From the IMG/VR virus record IMGVR_UViG_3300034171_000062, positions 32,001 through 96,000 of that record: 64,000 nt of DNA. One strand, given 5' to 3'. Position numbers and translations under genes: made by a program. The stretch is from a virus (Duplodnaviria > Caudoviricetes). Shown here piece after piece: positions 30,303 through 39,657 of the stretch; within the stretch, counting starts at the first letter, position 1; each line of letters begins with the position of its first letter. The notes under the pieces were generated by a model, which searched no databases, was not told the DNA's origin, and saw only the letters and a program-made list of their open reading frames with translations.

Positions 30303-32663
30303 TTACTGGCGAGTGCGAAGTACCTGGACCAGTTCGTCAATCTCCCCCCGCATGGAGGCCACCTCACTCCGAACCTCGTCCAGCTCAACGCATTTCTCCT
30401 TAAAGCTTTGCGTGAGCAGTGCGATAAAGTCGACGTAGGCCAAACTCAATTTACCGTCTTCTCGGGTTCTCAGTAGTTCTGGGAACACCCCCGCCGCTTC
30501 GTGAGCTAAGAACCCAAAGCGTATCTTCTTATCGGGGTCGTCTTTAAGGACGTACCGACGGGGTAAGAGTTGCCGGTAACGATCGCTGATTTCAGACACG
30601 TGTTCGATGGCGTCTTTCAGAGACTCGTCTGAGGCGTAGATGAAATCGTTTGCGGTGATCTCTCCAACGACGGTGCTATTACCCGCCTTGGTTACATAAC
30701 TCGCGTCGTGATCGCCAGCCGCCACGTGGTCGTACATGGCTTTGGCTTGCAGAGTCTTTACCATGGATTGATCGTTTCTTGCGGCGGTCGACTCTGGATT
30801 GGTTTCAGCTCCAGAGTCGATTCCATCCAACTTCGTCCGATCGGCGGCTGACATAGCGCCAGCGGCATCGACCGTGGCGGCTGGCACCTCGACGCTGTCC
30901 CCAGTGCTGGAAATGAGAGTAACGCTGCTTACCGCGGTTGAGTAAGACAGGTCGGTACCAACGTTGACCTGAGCGCCAGCGGATACGCCGTTCAACTTAG
31001 ACTTATCGTCGGCTGTCATGACGCCAGCCAAACTGACGGTGGCAGACCCCAAGGTCACATCACCGCCGGTGGAGGAAGACACCGTGACGTCGGTACTCGC
31101 GCGGGTCACCCCTAGATTGGTGGCGACGTTCGCTTGGGCCCCTTCGCCAATTCCATCCAACTTCGTCCGGTCGCCAATCCCCATAAACCCAGCGTTGGTG
31201 CTGGTACTAATCGGGACGGCGACGTTCCCACCCGTGCTGGATTGCAGGGCTCGACTGTTGCCAGTGCCGGTTAATGACAGGTCCGTGCCCACGTTAACTT
31301 CCGCGCCAGCAGCGACGCTGTTCAACTTTATTTTGTCGGTCGAACTGAGTAGACCGGCCGTGTTGGTTGTGGCACCTGGCAGTACCGCATTGCTGCCGTT
31401 GGTGTTGGTGATGGTGATGCTGGTGGTGGACAGAGTACGGTCCAAATTGGTGGCGACGTTCACCTGAGCGCCTGCTTCCATCCCTACTAACTTATCAAAC
31501 TGCTGCGTGGTCATCAGTCCGGCGGTCGACGTGCTGGCCGGTGGAAGACCGACGTTGGCCCCGGTCGACGATTGAAGGGTGCGGTTGTTGCCTGACCCCC
31601 CTAACGACAGATTGGTGGCGACGTTCGCTTGAGCCCCGGCCTGCACGCCACTTAACTTACTCTTCTCAGCGGTGGTGTAATCCTCACTGGACAGCCCTTT
31701 CCCGGATACTTTATCGACCTTAGTGTCCAAAGTCGCATCCAGCTGTGTCTGGGTGTAATATCGAGCGTCGTGATCGCCACTGAGGGCGTGGTCTCTCAGA
31801 GCTTTAGCCTGAAGTACCACGGTGGTGCTGCTGTTGTTCCGCGCTGCCGTGGTCTCTGGGTTGACTTCCGCGTCCGTTTCAATGCCGTTCAACTTTCCAA
31901 GCAGACTCGGACTCATCAAACCGGCGTCTGAGGCGGTCACCACCGCCAACGTCACTCCGGTGCCGTTGCTATTGAGGATCACGTATTCAGTGGCGGTGCG
32001 GTCGAACGTCAAGTTTGAGGGGACGTTGACGTCGGCCCCGGCCGCAATACCGTTCAACTTAGACAACAAGGCGTCGGTCAGGTCGTTCTCCGACAGACCT
32101 TTGCCCGTCACCTTATCGACCTTCCCTGCTAACGCCGACCCAAGGCCTGCAATGGAGGCGATGGTCAGATTCTCTAGAGTGTCTCGGTTCACCTTAATGA
32201 AATCAACGATCTCTTGAATCTCGTCGAGGGTGCCGTCATCGCTGTTGATCAGGGCGTTGATCGCATCCACCGCGTCCTTAAGAACCTTACCCTGCGCCGC
32301 ACTCAAGGGCGCATCGGCGGTGTTGCTGGTCAGGTCGTTAACGATGGTCGCTATGTCGATCTTTAACCCAAGTGCCTGATCCAGCTGTGTTTGGGTGTAA
32401 TATCGAGCGTCGTGATCGCCACTGAGGGTGTGATCGTAGATCCCTTTGGCGGTGAGCAGTTGACCAACGCTGTTTACGTTACGTGCTGAGGTGACGGCGT
32501 TGGGTATCTCACTTAGACCCACTTGCACTTTGGTGACACCGTGTGGATTATCAACTCGACCAAAGTGAGTGTCCGTGCGCCCAAAGAGTCCGTCTAACCG
32601 TTCTTTGAGCACGGTGAACATCGATTCGATGGACGACCGTAGTTGCTTATCTGATTCAGACAT
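30303..32663 (-). CDS. repeat-rich tail fibre with C-terminal intramolecular chaperone (Peptidase_S74)
   Basis: NPHGVTK and AGLM...DKxKLDG repeats; SDESLK...FGFLAHE...FPEL...LAY chaperone signature. Confidence 0.88.
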   Translation of the reverse strand: MSESDKQLRSSIESMFTVLKERLDGLFGRTDTHFGRVDNPHGVTKVQVGLSEIPNAVTSARNVNSVGQLLTAKGIYDHTLSGDHDARYYTQTQLDQALGLKIDIATIVNDLTSNTADAPLSAAQGKVLKDAVDAINALINSDDGTLDEIQEIVDFIKVNRDTLENLTIASIAGLGSALAGKVDKVTGKGLSENDLTDALLSKLNGIAAGADVNVPSNLTFDRTATEYVILNSNGTGVTLAVVTASDAGLMSPSLLGKLNGIETDAEVNPETTAARNNSSTTVVLQAKALRDHALSGDHDARYYTQTQLDATLDTKVDKVSGKGLSSEDYTTAEKSKLSGVQAGAQANVATNLSLGGSGNNRTLQSSTGANVGLPPASTSTAGLMTTQQFDKLVGMEAGAQVNVATNLDRTLSTTSITITNTNGSNAVLPGATTNTAGLLSSTDKIKLNSVAAGAEVNVGTDLSLTGTGNSRALQSSTGGNVAVPISTSTNAGFMGIGDRTKLDGIGEGAQANVATNLGVTRASTDVTVSSSTGGDVTLGSATVSLAGVMTADDKSKLNGVSAGAQVNVGTDLSYSTAVSSVTLISSTGDSVEVPAATVDAAGAMSAADRTKLDGIDSGAETNPESTAARNDQSMVKTLQAKAMYDHVAAGDHDASYVTKAGNSTVVGEITANDFIYASDESLKDAIEHVSEISDRYRQLLPRRYVLKDDPDKKIRFGFLAHEAAGVFPELLRTREDGKLSLAYVDFIALLTQSFKEKCVELDEVRSEVASMRGEIDELVQVLRTRQ
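31737..32428. repeat. 50-bp near-perfect repeat in the fibre gene (31737-31786 and 32379-32428)
   Basis: One mismatch; encodes LSGDHDARYYTQTQLD. Confidence 0.85.
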
Positions 32664-32683
32664 GATGGTAATTCCCCGTACCC

Positions 32684-32730
32684 AAAAAATAATAAGACGA
32701 GGGCTCCCCGGTTACAGGATGCCCTCGTCT
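32684..32730 (-). terminator. terminator-like hairpin
   Basis: AGACGAGGGC/GCCCTCGTCT stem with a T-rich tail on the - strand. Confidence 0.65.
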
Positions 32731-32754
32731 GGAATCCGAACGTTGCGCTATACC

Positions 32755-33012
32755 TTAATCCTGAGCGGCGGTGGCGTTGATCTTAGTCCCAGACCACTTC
32801 TCGTAAATCTCTTTTACAGCGGTGACGTCTTTGGTGTTGTTCAGAGCGTTGTCGATCAGTTTGATGATCTTATCGTCGATTTCATTGTCGGTCTTCGCCG
32901 CCAACTTCACCAAGTGATCTACAATGATGCGCTTTACCGCTGCGGTCCCCAAAAGACTCAGAAGCATGGTGCCAATGGTGCTGAGGATGGATGTCTTTTT
33001 CTGTTCGCTCAT
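32755..33012 (-). CDS. small membrane-associated phage protein
   Basis: Hydrophobic N-terminal helix; AAKTDNEIDDKI motif. Confidence 0.7.
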   Translation of the reverse strand: MSEQKKTSILSTIGTMLLSLLGTAAVKRIIVDHLVKLAAKTDNEIDDKIIKLIDNALNNTKDVTAVKEIYEKWSGTKINATAAQD

Positions 33013-33080
33013 GATACTACTCCCGGTCTATGAAAAGAAACACTGTCATATCATTTCCATGGCTTCCGCCTATACCGAGG

Positions 33081-33110
33081 CGGAATAAAAGGAGACCCGA
33101 AGGTCTCCTA
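33081..33110 (-). terminator. intrinsic terminator ending the desaturase run
   Basis: AGGAGACC-TTCG-GGTCTCCT-TTTATTCCG (- strand). Confidence 0.8.
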
Positions 33111-33920
33111 GGATTTTGTTCCTTGGCGGAGGAGTTCTTGTAGGTCTTTTGGGCGGTCCGGTTGCGGGCGTCTTCGAATCAGTTGAATGAACCACGCAGC
33201 AAAGTCCACCTCGTACCAACGCTCACTGATGTTCCAGCGACTGGGGTCGGCGTGGTGGTTGTTGTGCCAACCGTCACCAACCGTGACTATGTTCACCAAC
33301 CAGCTGTTGCGGCTGTCGTCGTCCGTCTCGTGGTTGCGGTAGCCCCACGTGTGACCGAAGGTGTTAAAGAACCCTTTGACGTGAAACAGCAACGCGGCAG
33401 GGATCGCATATAAGAACAGCGCTGCCTTCCAGTCAACCGCCCACAGTCCAAACGCATACGCTGCCAATATAGGTACGTAGTACTTATGGGTTAATTGATA
33501 CCCACGCGCGCGCACTTCCCGTTTGGCCACTCTTGGGTCAAGAAAGACCTTGCGTTCCATCCATTCGCCGAACCAAGCTTCTCGCCAACCCTGAACAGTA
33601 GGGCTGTGTGAGTCCCGGTTGGTGTCTGCGTACTTGTGGTGTGTGCGGTGTACCAATAGGTTCATCAGTGGTGAAGCGATGGTGCACAGCATACCACACG
33701 TCACTAGAAGGTACCGCCAAGCGGGAGATGTCTCAAACGAGCGGTGGGCTTCCAGTCGATGATACCCCACAGTTACCCCAAAGAACCCGTACACAAAGTA
33801 CGCTAAAAGCATCCACCCCAACCAGTCCCACGTGCCGTGGTAGATAGCCCAGGCGAGTCCTACGGTTGCGGTGAACTGGAGCGCGATCTGCCAGTACTTC
33901 AGCTGCACGTGTGGCTTCAT
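33108..33920 (-). CDS. Delta9-type fatty-acid desaturase, copy 4
   Basis: HRLEAH, HRTHH, GDGWHNNHH. Confidence 0.93.
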   Translation of the reverse strand: MKPHVQLKYWQIALQFTATVGLAWAIYHGTWDWLGWMLLAYFVYGFFGVTVGYHRLEAHRSFETSPAWRYLLVTCGMLCTIASPLMNLLVHRTHHKYADTNRDSHSPTVQGWREAWFGEWMERKVFLDPRVAKREVRARGYQLTHKYYVPILAAYAFGLWAVDWKAALFLYAIPAALLFHVKGFFNTFGHTWGYRNHETDDDSRNSWLVNIVTVGDGWHNNHHADPSRWNISERWYEVDFAAWFIQLIRRRPQPDRPKDLQELLRQGTKS

Positions 33921-34678
33921 GATGTCCTCGGTTTACGGATCAGACGAATGATGACGGCGGGCAAATCCACTTCCCACCATTTATCCCAGTTGTTCCAATC
34001 GTTTGGACGTTGATGGTGGTTGTTGTGATACCCTTCTCCGACAAACAGCCACGCCACCAGTAGCGAATTGGTGGAGGCATCGTCGACGTCGTGGTTGCGG
34101 TATCCGCCGGTGTGGCACCAGGCCGAGGCAAACCCAAAGATCACCCACATCAAGGCACTGGGAAGTGCGTACGCAAACAAGAACAGACGCCAATCGATCA
34201 CCAGGAGAATCAACGCGGTGCCGTAGACGATCTTGAAATAGTTGCGGTGAAAGAATTGAACGTCCTTCTCTCGAGCCAAGTCCCGGATGGATCTGGGTGA
34301 GCACTTCTTCAGATTCCACCCAATAGACAACCAGGCTCGGTAGAACCCCAACAACCGAGGGCTGTGTGGGTCGCCGTCTGTGTCTGGATACATGTGATGC
34401 GTACGGTGCACCATGGTCCAGGTAATAGGCGATCCTAATGACATCATCGAACCACAGTACAACAAGAACCAGCGGATGGGTGTGTAGGTCTCATAACTGC
34501 GATGGGCCACGTATCGGTGAAAGCCGACCGAGTTCCCAAAGACGCTGAGGGTCACGTACACCCCCAGGGTCCACCACAACCACTGCCACTGACCGAACGC
34601 AGTCAGATACGCAATGGCAACCCCTCCGAAGAGGGCGTTAAAAAGATTGAGGCAGTCTAATCTGCGCGCTTCAGTCAT
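33917..34678 (-). CDS. Delta9-type fatty-acid desaturase, copy 3
   Basis: HRYVAH, HRTHH, GEGYHNNHH. Confidence 0.93.
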   Translation of the reverse strand: MTEARRLDCLNLFNALFGGVAIAYLTAFGQWQWLWWTLGVYVTLSVFGNSVGFHRYVAHRSYETYTPIRWFLLYCGSMMSLGSPITWTMVHRTHHMYPDTDGDPHSPRLLGFYRAWLSIGWNLKKCSPRSIRDLAREKDVQFFHRNYFKIVYGTALILLVIDWRLFLFAYALPSALMWVIFGFASAWCHTGGYRNHDVDDASTNSLLVAWLFVGEGYHNNHHQRPNDWNNWDKWWEVDLPAVIIRLIRKPRTS

Positions 34679-34687
34679 GATGGTCTC

Positions 34688-35482
34688 CTACGTCTTGAAT
34701 CGTGGCAACGGATGGTGGCGGTGGTGAATGAGTTTGATGACCTGCGCCGGGATGTCCCACTCCCACCAATTTACCCGAGTGTTCCACCGAGACGGGTGCG
34801 CGTGGTGGTTGTTGTGCCAGCCTTCGCCCATGGTGATCAGGTTCGCGATCCAACTGTTGCGACTGGTGTCGCCCTTGAGATCAAACGTCCGATAGCCGTG
34901 TAGGTGAGGGATGACGATGATGCCGCAGGCGCTGTGCAGCGACAGCACCGCCGGAATCGCATAGACAAAAACCACGCCTTGCCACCCAAGAGTAGCAAAC
35001 AGCGCCACGTTCCACACCGCAATGACGTGGAAGTAGTATTTGTGGGTCCATTTGTAGAACGGGTCTTTACGCAACCGCTTGGAGACTTGCCCGGCTTTCT
35101 TAAACCCTGAGGTGTTCCAAGCCCCAAACCACGCGCGTAAGACCCCAATGCGCTGAGGGCTGTGTGGGTCGTGTTCGTCGTCGGTGTGTATGTGGTGGAT
35201 GCGGTGCACGATCGTCCATGCCATGGGTGACCCCACGGTGGTGACAATGCCACAGAACATCAACACCGCTTCAATGGGTCGGTAGGTCTTAAAGGCCCCA
35301 TGGGCTAAGAACCGATGGAACCCAACGTCGATGCCTAAGATCCCTGTGACCCAATACGTCAGCCAGGCGGTCAGCAACCACAGCCACTGTCCTTCCATCA
35401 CCGCCCAGACGCCCACTGGGATCGCCACGGCGTGCGTCAGTATCTGGAGTAGGCGAACCCCCACGTTGTGCGTTAACTTCAC
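34688..35482 (-). CDS. Delta9-type fatty-acid desaturase, copy 2
   Basis: HRFLAH, HRIHH, GEGWHNNHH. Confidence 0.93.
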   Translation of the reverse strand: MKLTHNVGVRLLQILTHAVAIPVGVWAVMEGQWLWLLTAWLTYWVTGILGIDVGFHRFLAHGAFKTYRPIEAVLMFCGIVTTVGSPMAWTIVHRIHHIHTDDEHDPHSPQRIGVLRAWFGAWNTSGFKKAGQVSKRLRKDPFYKWTHKYYFHVIAVWNVALFATLGWQGVVFVYAIPAVLSLHSACGIIVIPHLHGYRTFDLKGDTSRNSWIANLITMGEGWHNNHHAHPSRWNTRVNWWEWDIPAQVIKLIHHRHHPLPRFKT

Positions 35483-35487
35483 GGTAA

Positions 35488-36246
35488 TTACCCTCTTCGT
35501 TTAATAACCCAAATGAACCAAGCCGTAGGATCGAGTTCCCACCACTTGTGCTGAAAACTGTACCGCCCAGGGTAAGCATGGTGGTTGTTGTGCCAGCCGT
35601 CGCCCACGGTTAAAATATGGGTGACCAGACTGTTCTTAGAATGGTCTTTGGTCTCGTAGTTCCGATAGCCCCATTGATGTGCAAAGATCCCCAACACGTA
35701 GGCGATTAAGAACGCATGCAACGCCGCGGGGAGCACGTACCCCGCCAACACCAAGTCCAACCCACCGAGGACGTAGAGACCCACCACCGCTAACGCGTGT
35801 ATGTAGAAATACCACCGATCCATAAACACCATGATCGGATCTTTCAGCACGTCCTTCATCGCTACCCGACGCCCGTCGTGTTCGAGGTGGTACAGGCAGA
35901 ACAACGCTTTCCAATGCCCCACGACTCGATGGCAATGGGGGTCTTTCTCCGTGTCCGAGTATCGGTGGTGGGCGCGGTGTATCCAGGCCCAACTGATCGG
36001 ACTGCCCGTCAAACACAGCACGCTGAGTATCCCCATTACGAACTCCACCGGGGGGTAGGTCTCATAACTGCGGTGAGAAACCAAGCGGTGCAGATAAGCG
36101 TTGAACCCCACGAGTTGTTGAACGCAGTACACAGCCAATGTTACCCACAGTAAGTCCGGGCGCTCCCAGAGAAGGTAAGCCGTCGCAGGAAAGAACGCCG
36201 CCCAAACGTAGAGTCGGTAGACGTTCATCCGAGGGGTACTATACAT
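35488..36246 (-). CDS. Delta9-type fatty-acid desaturase, copy 1
   Basis: HRLVSH, HRAHH, GDGWHNNHH; start overlaps the ketosynthase stop. Confidence 0.93.
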   Translation of the reverse strand: MYSTPRMNVYRLYVWAAFFPATAYLLWERPDLLWVTLAVYCVQQLVGFNAYLHRLVSHRSYETYPPVEFVMGILSVLCLTGSPISWAWIHRAHHRYSDTEKDPHCHRVVGHWKALFCLYHLEHDGRRVAMKDVLKDPIMVFMDRWYFYIHALAVVGLYVLGGLDLVLAGYVLPAALHAFLIAYVLGIFAHQWGYRNYETKDHSKNSLVTHILTVGDGWHNNHHAYPGRYSFQHKWWELDPTAWFIWVIKRRG

Positions 36247-37456
36247 AGCGAGAAACTCCCAGTACGCAGTTGAGCCCACCAAAACCAAACGCGTTTTTGA
36301 CAAACGCCGTCATGGGTTTTCGAATGGGGGCCTTAGGTAAGTTGATGGGGGGCAAGTCTGGATCGTATTCCAAGTTGCCGTGTGAAACAATGAAACCTTC
36401 TTGCATCATGTACAGACACAGGATCAATTCAACGATGCCACTGGCTGTGACGCTGTGGCCGAGGAGCCGTTTAAGAGCCACCACAGGCACGTCTTTAGAT
36501 CTCTCGCACTCGGCCAACACTTTGGCTTCTATAGCGTCGCCTTTGAGCGTAGAGGTCGCGTGAGCAGAGATAAAGTCCGGACAGATGCCATACCGATGCC
36601 ATAGGGTGTCTAAGACCGACGATAATGAGGCCAGTCCACCTTCGCCGGTGGGGTTGGTTAGGTCGTGTCCATCGGAGTAATCGGCGTACTCCAACGCGAT
36701 GCCGTAGTTGCGTTGCTGGGTCTCGGGGCGTTTAAAATACGCGGCCCTGGATTCCAAGATCACACACCCGGCGCCTTCGCCGACGGTGAAGCCTGCTCGG
36801 TGCGGTGAGAAGGGGACCGAGGCGTGCTCCAAGTTCGGCCCGCGATACAACGCCCGCATGGCATCGAACCCTCCGACAATTTCTTGTAAGACCTTCTCAA
36901 CGCTGACGCAAATGACAACGTCGGCCCGACCTAACTCAATCAGGTCCATGCCCTGAGTCACCACACGGAGGCCGCTGGCACAGGCGTGTTGTACGGTGTG
37001 GATTGGTCCCTTAATCCCCAGAAGGGTGGCTAGAGGACCCGTCACAGCCGTAGGGAGTGACTTTAAGAGATCGAAGGGCGAACTGCGTTTGTCTGGGTTC
37101 ATTAACGACGCATGAGCGTCCATCCCAGTGGCCCCAAACGCTGAAACCAACGCCACCCTCGGCCCTGTCTCCGAATCCCGACACACGGCCTCAGGATCGT
37201 ATCCGGCGTCTTTTAACGCTTTGCGGATAACGTAGTAAGAGAGGTTCAAGGCGTCGTTAGCAATACTCCGGGGGATGTCTGGCGCTAAGAATTGGGTATT
37301 CTCAATGCAAGGTGCGACGGAGGTGGCCTTGACGTGGGGCCAAAGTTCGATCAACGGTTGTATAGTCACGCGTTCCATCTTCAACGCTGAAACGATCTCT
37401 GAATGGTCGGTCCCATACGGTGAGAGAGAGCCGATGCCGGTAATGATTGCAGACAT
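36239..37456 (-). CDS. beta-ketoacyl-ACP synthase (FabB/FabF family)
   Basis: ITGIG, HACASG (catalytic Cys), GEGAG, AHATST..GD, KRLLGHS, NAFGFGG. Confidence 0.92.
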   Translation of the reverse strand: MSAIITGIGSLSPYGTDHSEIVSALKMERVTIQPLIELWPHVKATSVAPCIENTQFLAPDIPRSIANDALNLSYYVIRKALKDAGYDPEAVCRDSETGPRVALVSAFGATGMDAHASLMNPDKRSSPFDLLKSLPTAVTGPLATLLGIKGPIHTVQHACASGLRVVTQGMDLIELGRADVVICVSVEKVLQEIVGGFDAMRALYRGPNLEHASVPFSPHRAGFTVGEGAGCVILESRAAYFKRPETQQRNYGIALEYADYSDGHDLTNPTGEGGLASLSSVLDTLWHRYGICPDFISAHATSTLKGDAIEAKVLAECERSKDVPVVALKRLLGHSVTASGIVELILCLYMMQEGFIVSHGNLEYDPDLPPINLPKAPIRKPMTAFVKNAFGFGGLNCVLGVSRYV

Positions 37457-37527
37457 GGCGATGTCCTGTGTAAATGTGGGTTTGAATCGATATATGTGAG
37501 ACCAGGGTGCACAATTACGTTGGACCA

Positions 37528-37565
37528 TAAGGCAACCGCAGCCCGATTGGACCACCGTTGCCTTA
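37528..37565 (-). terminator. hairpin between the oxygenase block and the ketosynthase
   Basis: TAAGGCAAC...GTTGCCTTA-TGG stem; no T-tract. Confidence 0.4.
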
Positions 37566-37572
37566 AGTAAGA

Positions 37573-38097
37573 TCACTCTAAAAAGTCGATGATCAATAAG
37601 CCCAGTTGGGACCCATTACTGCCCCCCACTAAGGTGAGAAACTTTCCACTCAGTCGAACGATCTCTTTCACGCCCACCGACTCGTCGTTGATCAGCACGT
37701 CGTTCTCCGCCACCGCCAAGTACCCGGTCTGGGTCAACTCGTAGGTCTCCCCCGGTGCCAGCACTATCTTCTCAGCGGTGATGACGCGGTGTTTGGCGTT
37801 GCCGGTGCTCAAACAAAAGCCAACGGTGCCGTCTTCCAGCGCTTCCACTTCGGCCCACCGAGGGTTGGCCTTTGTAGGCACGGGGTCCGAGGCCCACAGA
37901 GTGTACTCGTTAAACGTGTTGCGGGTATGGGTACCGCCTTGCACAATAAACCGAGCTTCTTTAACGGGGATGAAATCGTCGGCCATGGTTTCTTGGTAGT
38001 CGGGTTTTCTACCTAGAATGAACTTCTCACCTTTGTCCACGTAGAACCAGGCGCAGGCTACGCCTTCGTCTTTTAGTCGATGCACTCGAGTTCGCAT
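37573..38097 (-). CDS. hypothetical beta-rich (possibly cupin-like) protein
   Basis: AAGGA RBS; part of the cluster operon. Confidence 0.65.
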   Translation of the reverse strand: MRTRVHRLKDEGVACAWFYVDKGEKFILGRKPDYQETMADDFIPVKEARFIVQGGTHTRNTFNEYTLWASDPVPTKANPRWAEVEALEDGTVGFCLSTGNAKHRVITAEKIVLAPGETYELTQTGYLAVAENDVLINDESVGVKEIVRLSGKFLTLVGGSNGSQLGLLIIDFLE

Positions 38098-38107
38098 GTC
38101 TTCGTCC

Positions 38108-38662
38108 TTACTCTTTAAGGTAAACGTCAATGGGAATGGCCAAACGCAACCCAACGCGATGTTCCTGCACGTAGTGTTGCAAGTACGACGGAAAGATCAG
38201 CAGCCCTCCCCGCTCGGGCTTGTGCTTGTACGTTCGGAAGTGGTTGTTGATCACGTCGTGTGGGTACCCACGAGAAGCCAATCCGCGAGGGTCTACCATA
38301 GACAGGTACCCTTCTTCGCCTTCCAAGTAATACAACGCTGAGACGTGAGCACCGCTGTGGTGGTGGAGTGGACTGCCGTGACCGTCACTGCTGTTGCGTA
38401 CCCAGGCTTGCCAATTGTCGATCAGGGGTTCGTAGTTAAACTGATCCCACGCGTACTGCATCATCAAAGGCACCACGTTCTCCGCAATGAACTTCTTGAG
38501 GTTGGGGTACTGAGGTAAGTGCAGATTGCGCGTTTCATCGATGTGCTGCCCGTCCAACTGCCTCGGTTGCATCATCGCCTCGTACACTAGGGCGTCGTGG
38601 TTCTCGGCAACAACCGTATCGGCGCGAAGGACGACTGGCCAAGGGTGAATGTCGATGGGCAT
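38108..38662 (-). CDS. 2OG-Fe(II) oxygenase (TIGR02466-like)
   Basis: AWV...HxH..., SALYYL, DPRG, LLIFPSYLQHYV, R.AI. Confidence 0.85.
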   Translation of the reverse strand: MPIDIHPWPVVLRADTVVAENHDALVYEAMMQPRQLDGQHIDETRNLHLPQYPNLKKFIAENVVPLMMQYAWDQFNYEPLIDNWQAWVRNSSDGHGSPLHHHSGAHVSALYYLEGEEGYLSMVDPRGLASRGYPHDVINNHFRTYKHKPERGGLLIFPSYLQHYVQEHRVGLRLAIPIDVYLKE

Positions 38663-38671
38663 GGAAACTCC

Positions 38672-39238
38672 TTATGTCGGTTCTTGCAGATAGATATCCA
38701 CTGGGATAGACACCCGCATGTCTTTGTCGTGACCGTCGACGTAGTGTTGCAAGTACGACGGAAAGATCACCAAGAGACCTTCTTTGGGGACCTCGCTAAA
38801 CAGATTGAAATGGTCGTTGCGCACCTGCGTTGGATACCCTCGACACGCCGACCCACGAGGATCGACCAAGTTGATCGCGCCACCGGAACACGCCATAGGG
38901 TAATAGATAGCGGACAACACCGACCCACTGTGTTCGTGCAACTTCATTCCTTGGCCGTCGGTGGTGACCCGGACCCAGGCGTTGTACGTGTACTGGACAG
39001 CGTCCAACCCCCAGCAGTCGTTAAGGTAAGCGAGCATCCTCGGAAGGATGTGCTCGTTGAGAAACGCGTTGGTCTGTGGGAAGTCAGTGTCCGTGACCGT
39101 GTTCTCATCCAGATCGAGGTTGTCAAAGTTACGGTTGGTTAAGCGCATCAGAGACTCGGTCACCAGGACCTCATTGTCCACGTCCTCTAACACGCTGCGC
39201 CTAACTACTGTTCGCCAAGGTTCGATGTCTTGAAACAT
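38672..39238 (-). CDS. 2OG-Fe(II) oxygenase (TIGR02466-like), paralog
   Basis: HEH, SAIYY, DPRG, LVIFPSYLQHYV, RVSI. Confidence 0.85.
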   Translation of the reverse strand: MFQDIEPWRTVVRRSVLEDVDNEVLVTESLMRLTNRNFDNLDLDENTVTDTDFPQTNAFLNEHILPRMLAYLNDCWGLDAVQYTYNAWVRVTTDGQGMKLHEHSGSVLSAIYYPMACSGGAINLVDPRGSACRGYPTQVRNDHFNLFSEVPKEGLLVIFPSYLQHYVDGHDKDMRVSIPVDIYLQEPT

Positions 39239-39657
39239 TCTGCCTCCGCCATGCACTCGGCTCGAAAATACGCAACGGTGTAGTCAACCCACTGGCCCGT
39301 TAAAGGAATGTTTTCCACCCCCCCAAAGGTATCAAGGATGGCGTCGTACGTGGTTGGGTCTTGTGAGTAAGGCACGAAATATTCGTCGTTGCCGTACAGC
39401 AGATCCGGGTCGTCCAACACCTCGAAGAACGCTTCGTTGAAGTGCTCCCACAAGAGACGCGCGTAGATCAACGCCACCGCATACGACTTCGCCGGATAGA
39501 CCAACACGTCTTGAGGGTCGGTGAAGTAAGCCACGGCCGGCACCACTAAGTCGTCGTGGTCCACCACGATGTCAAAGTTCTCCAACGCGTCCGTGTGTTC
39601 GGGCGTCATCAGGTGATACAGTTGCTGGTTGAGTTTCCAGGTTTTTTTGTGACTCAT
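39205..39657 (-). CDS. hypothetical cluster protein
   Basis: ATGA-coupled to a radical SAM gene; YPAKSY motif. Confidence 0.7.
   Translation of the reverse strand: MSHKKTWKLNQQLYHLMTPEHTDALENFDIVVDHDDLVVPAVAYFTDPQDVLVYPAKSYAVALIYARLLWEHFNEAFFEVLDDPDLLYGNDEYFVPYSQDPTTYDAILDTFGGVENIPLTGQWVDYTVAYFRAECMAEAECFKTSNLGEQ

Noticed and set aside
32755-33012. Holin
   Set aside because: Only one weakly hydrophobic helix and not adjacent to the endolysin; support is insufficient.
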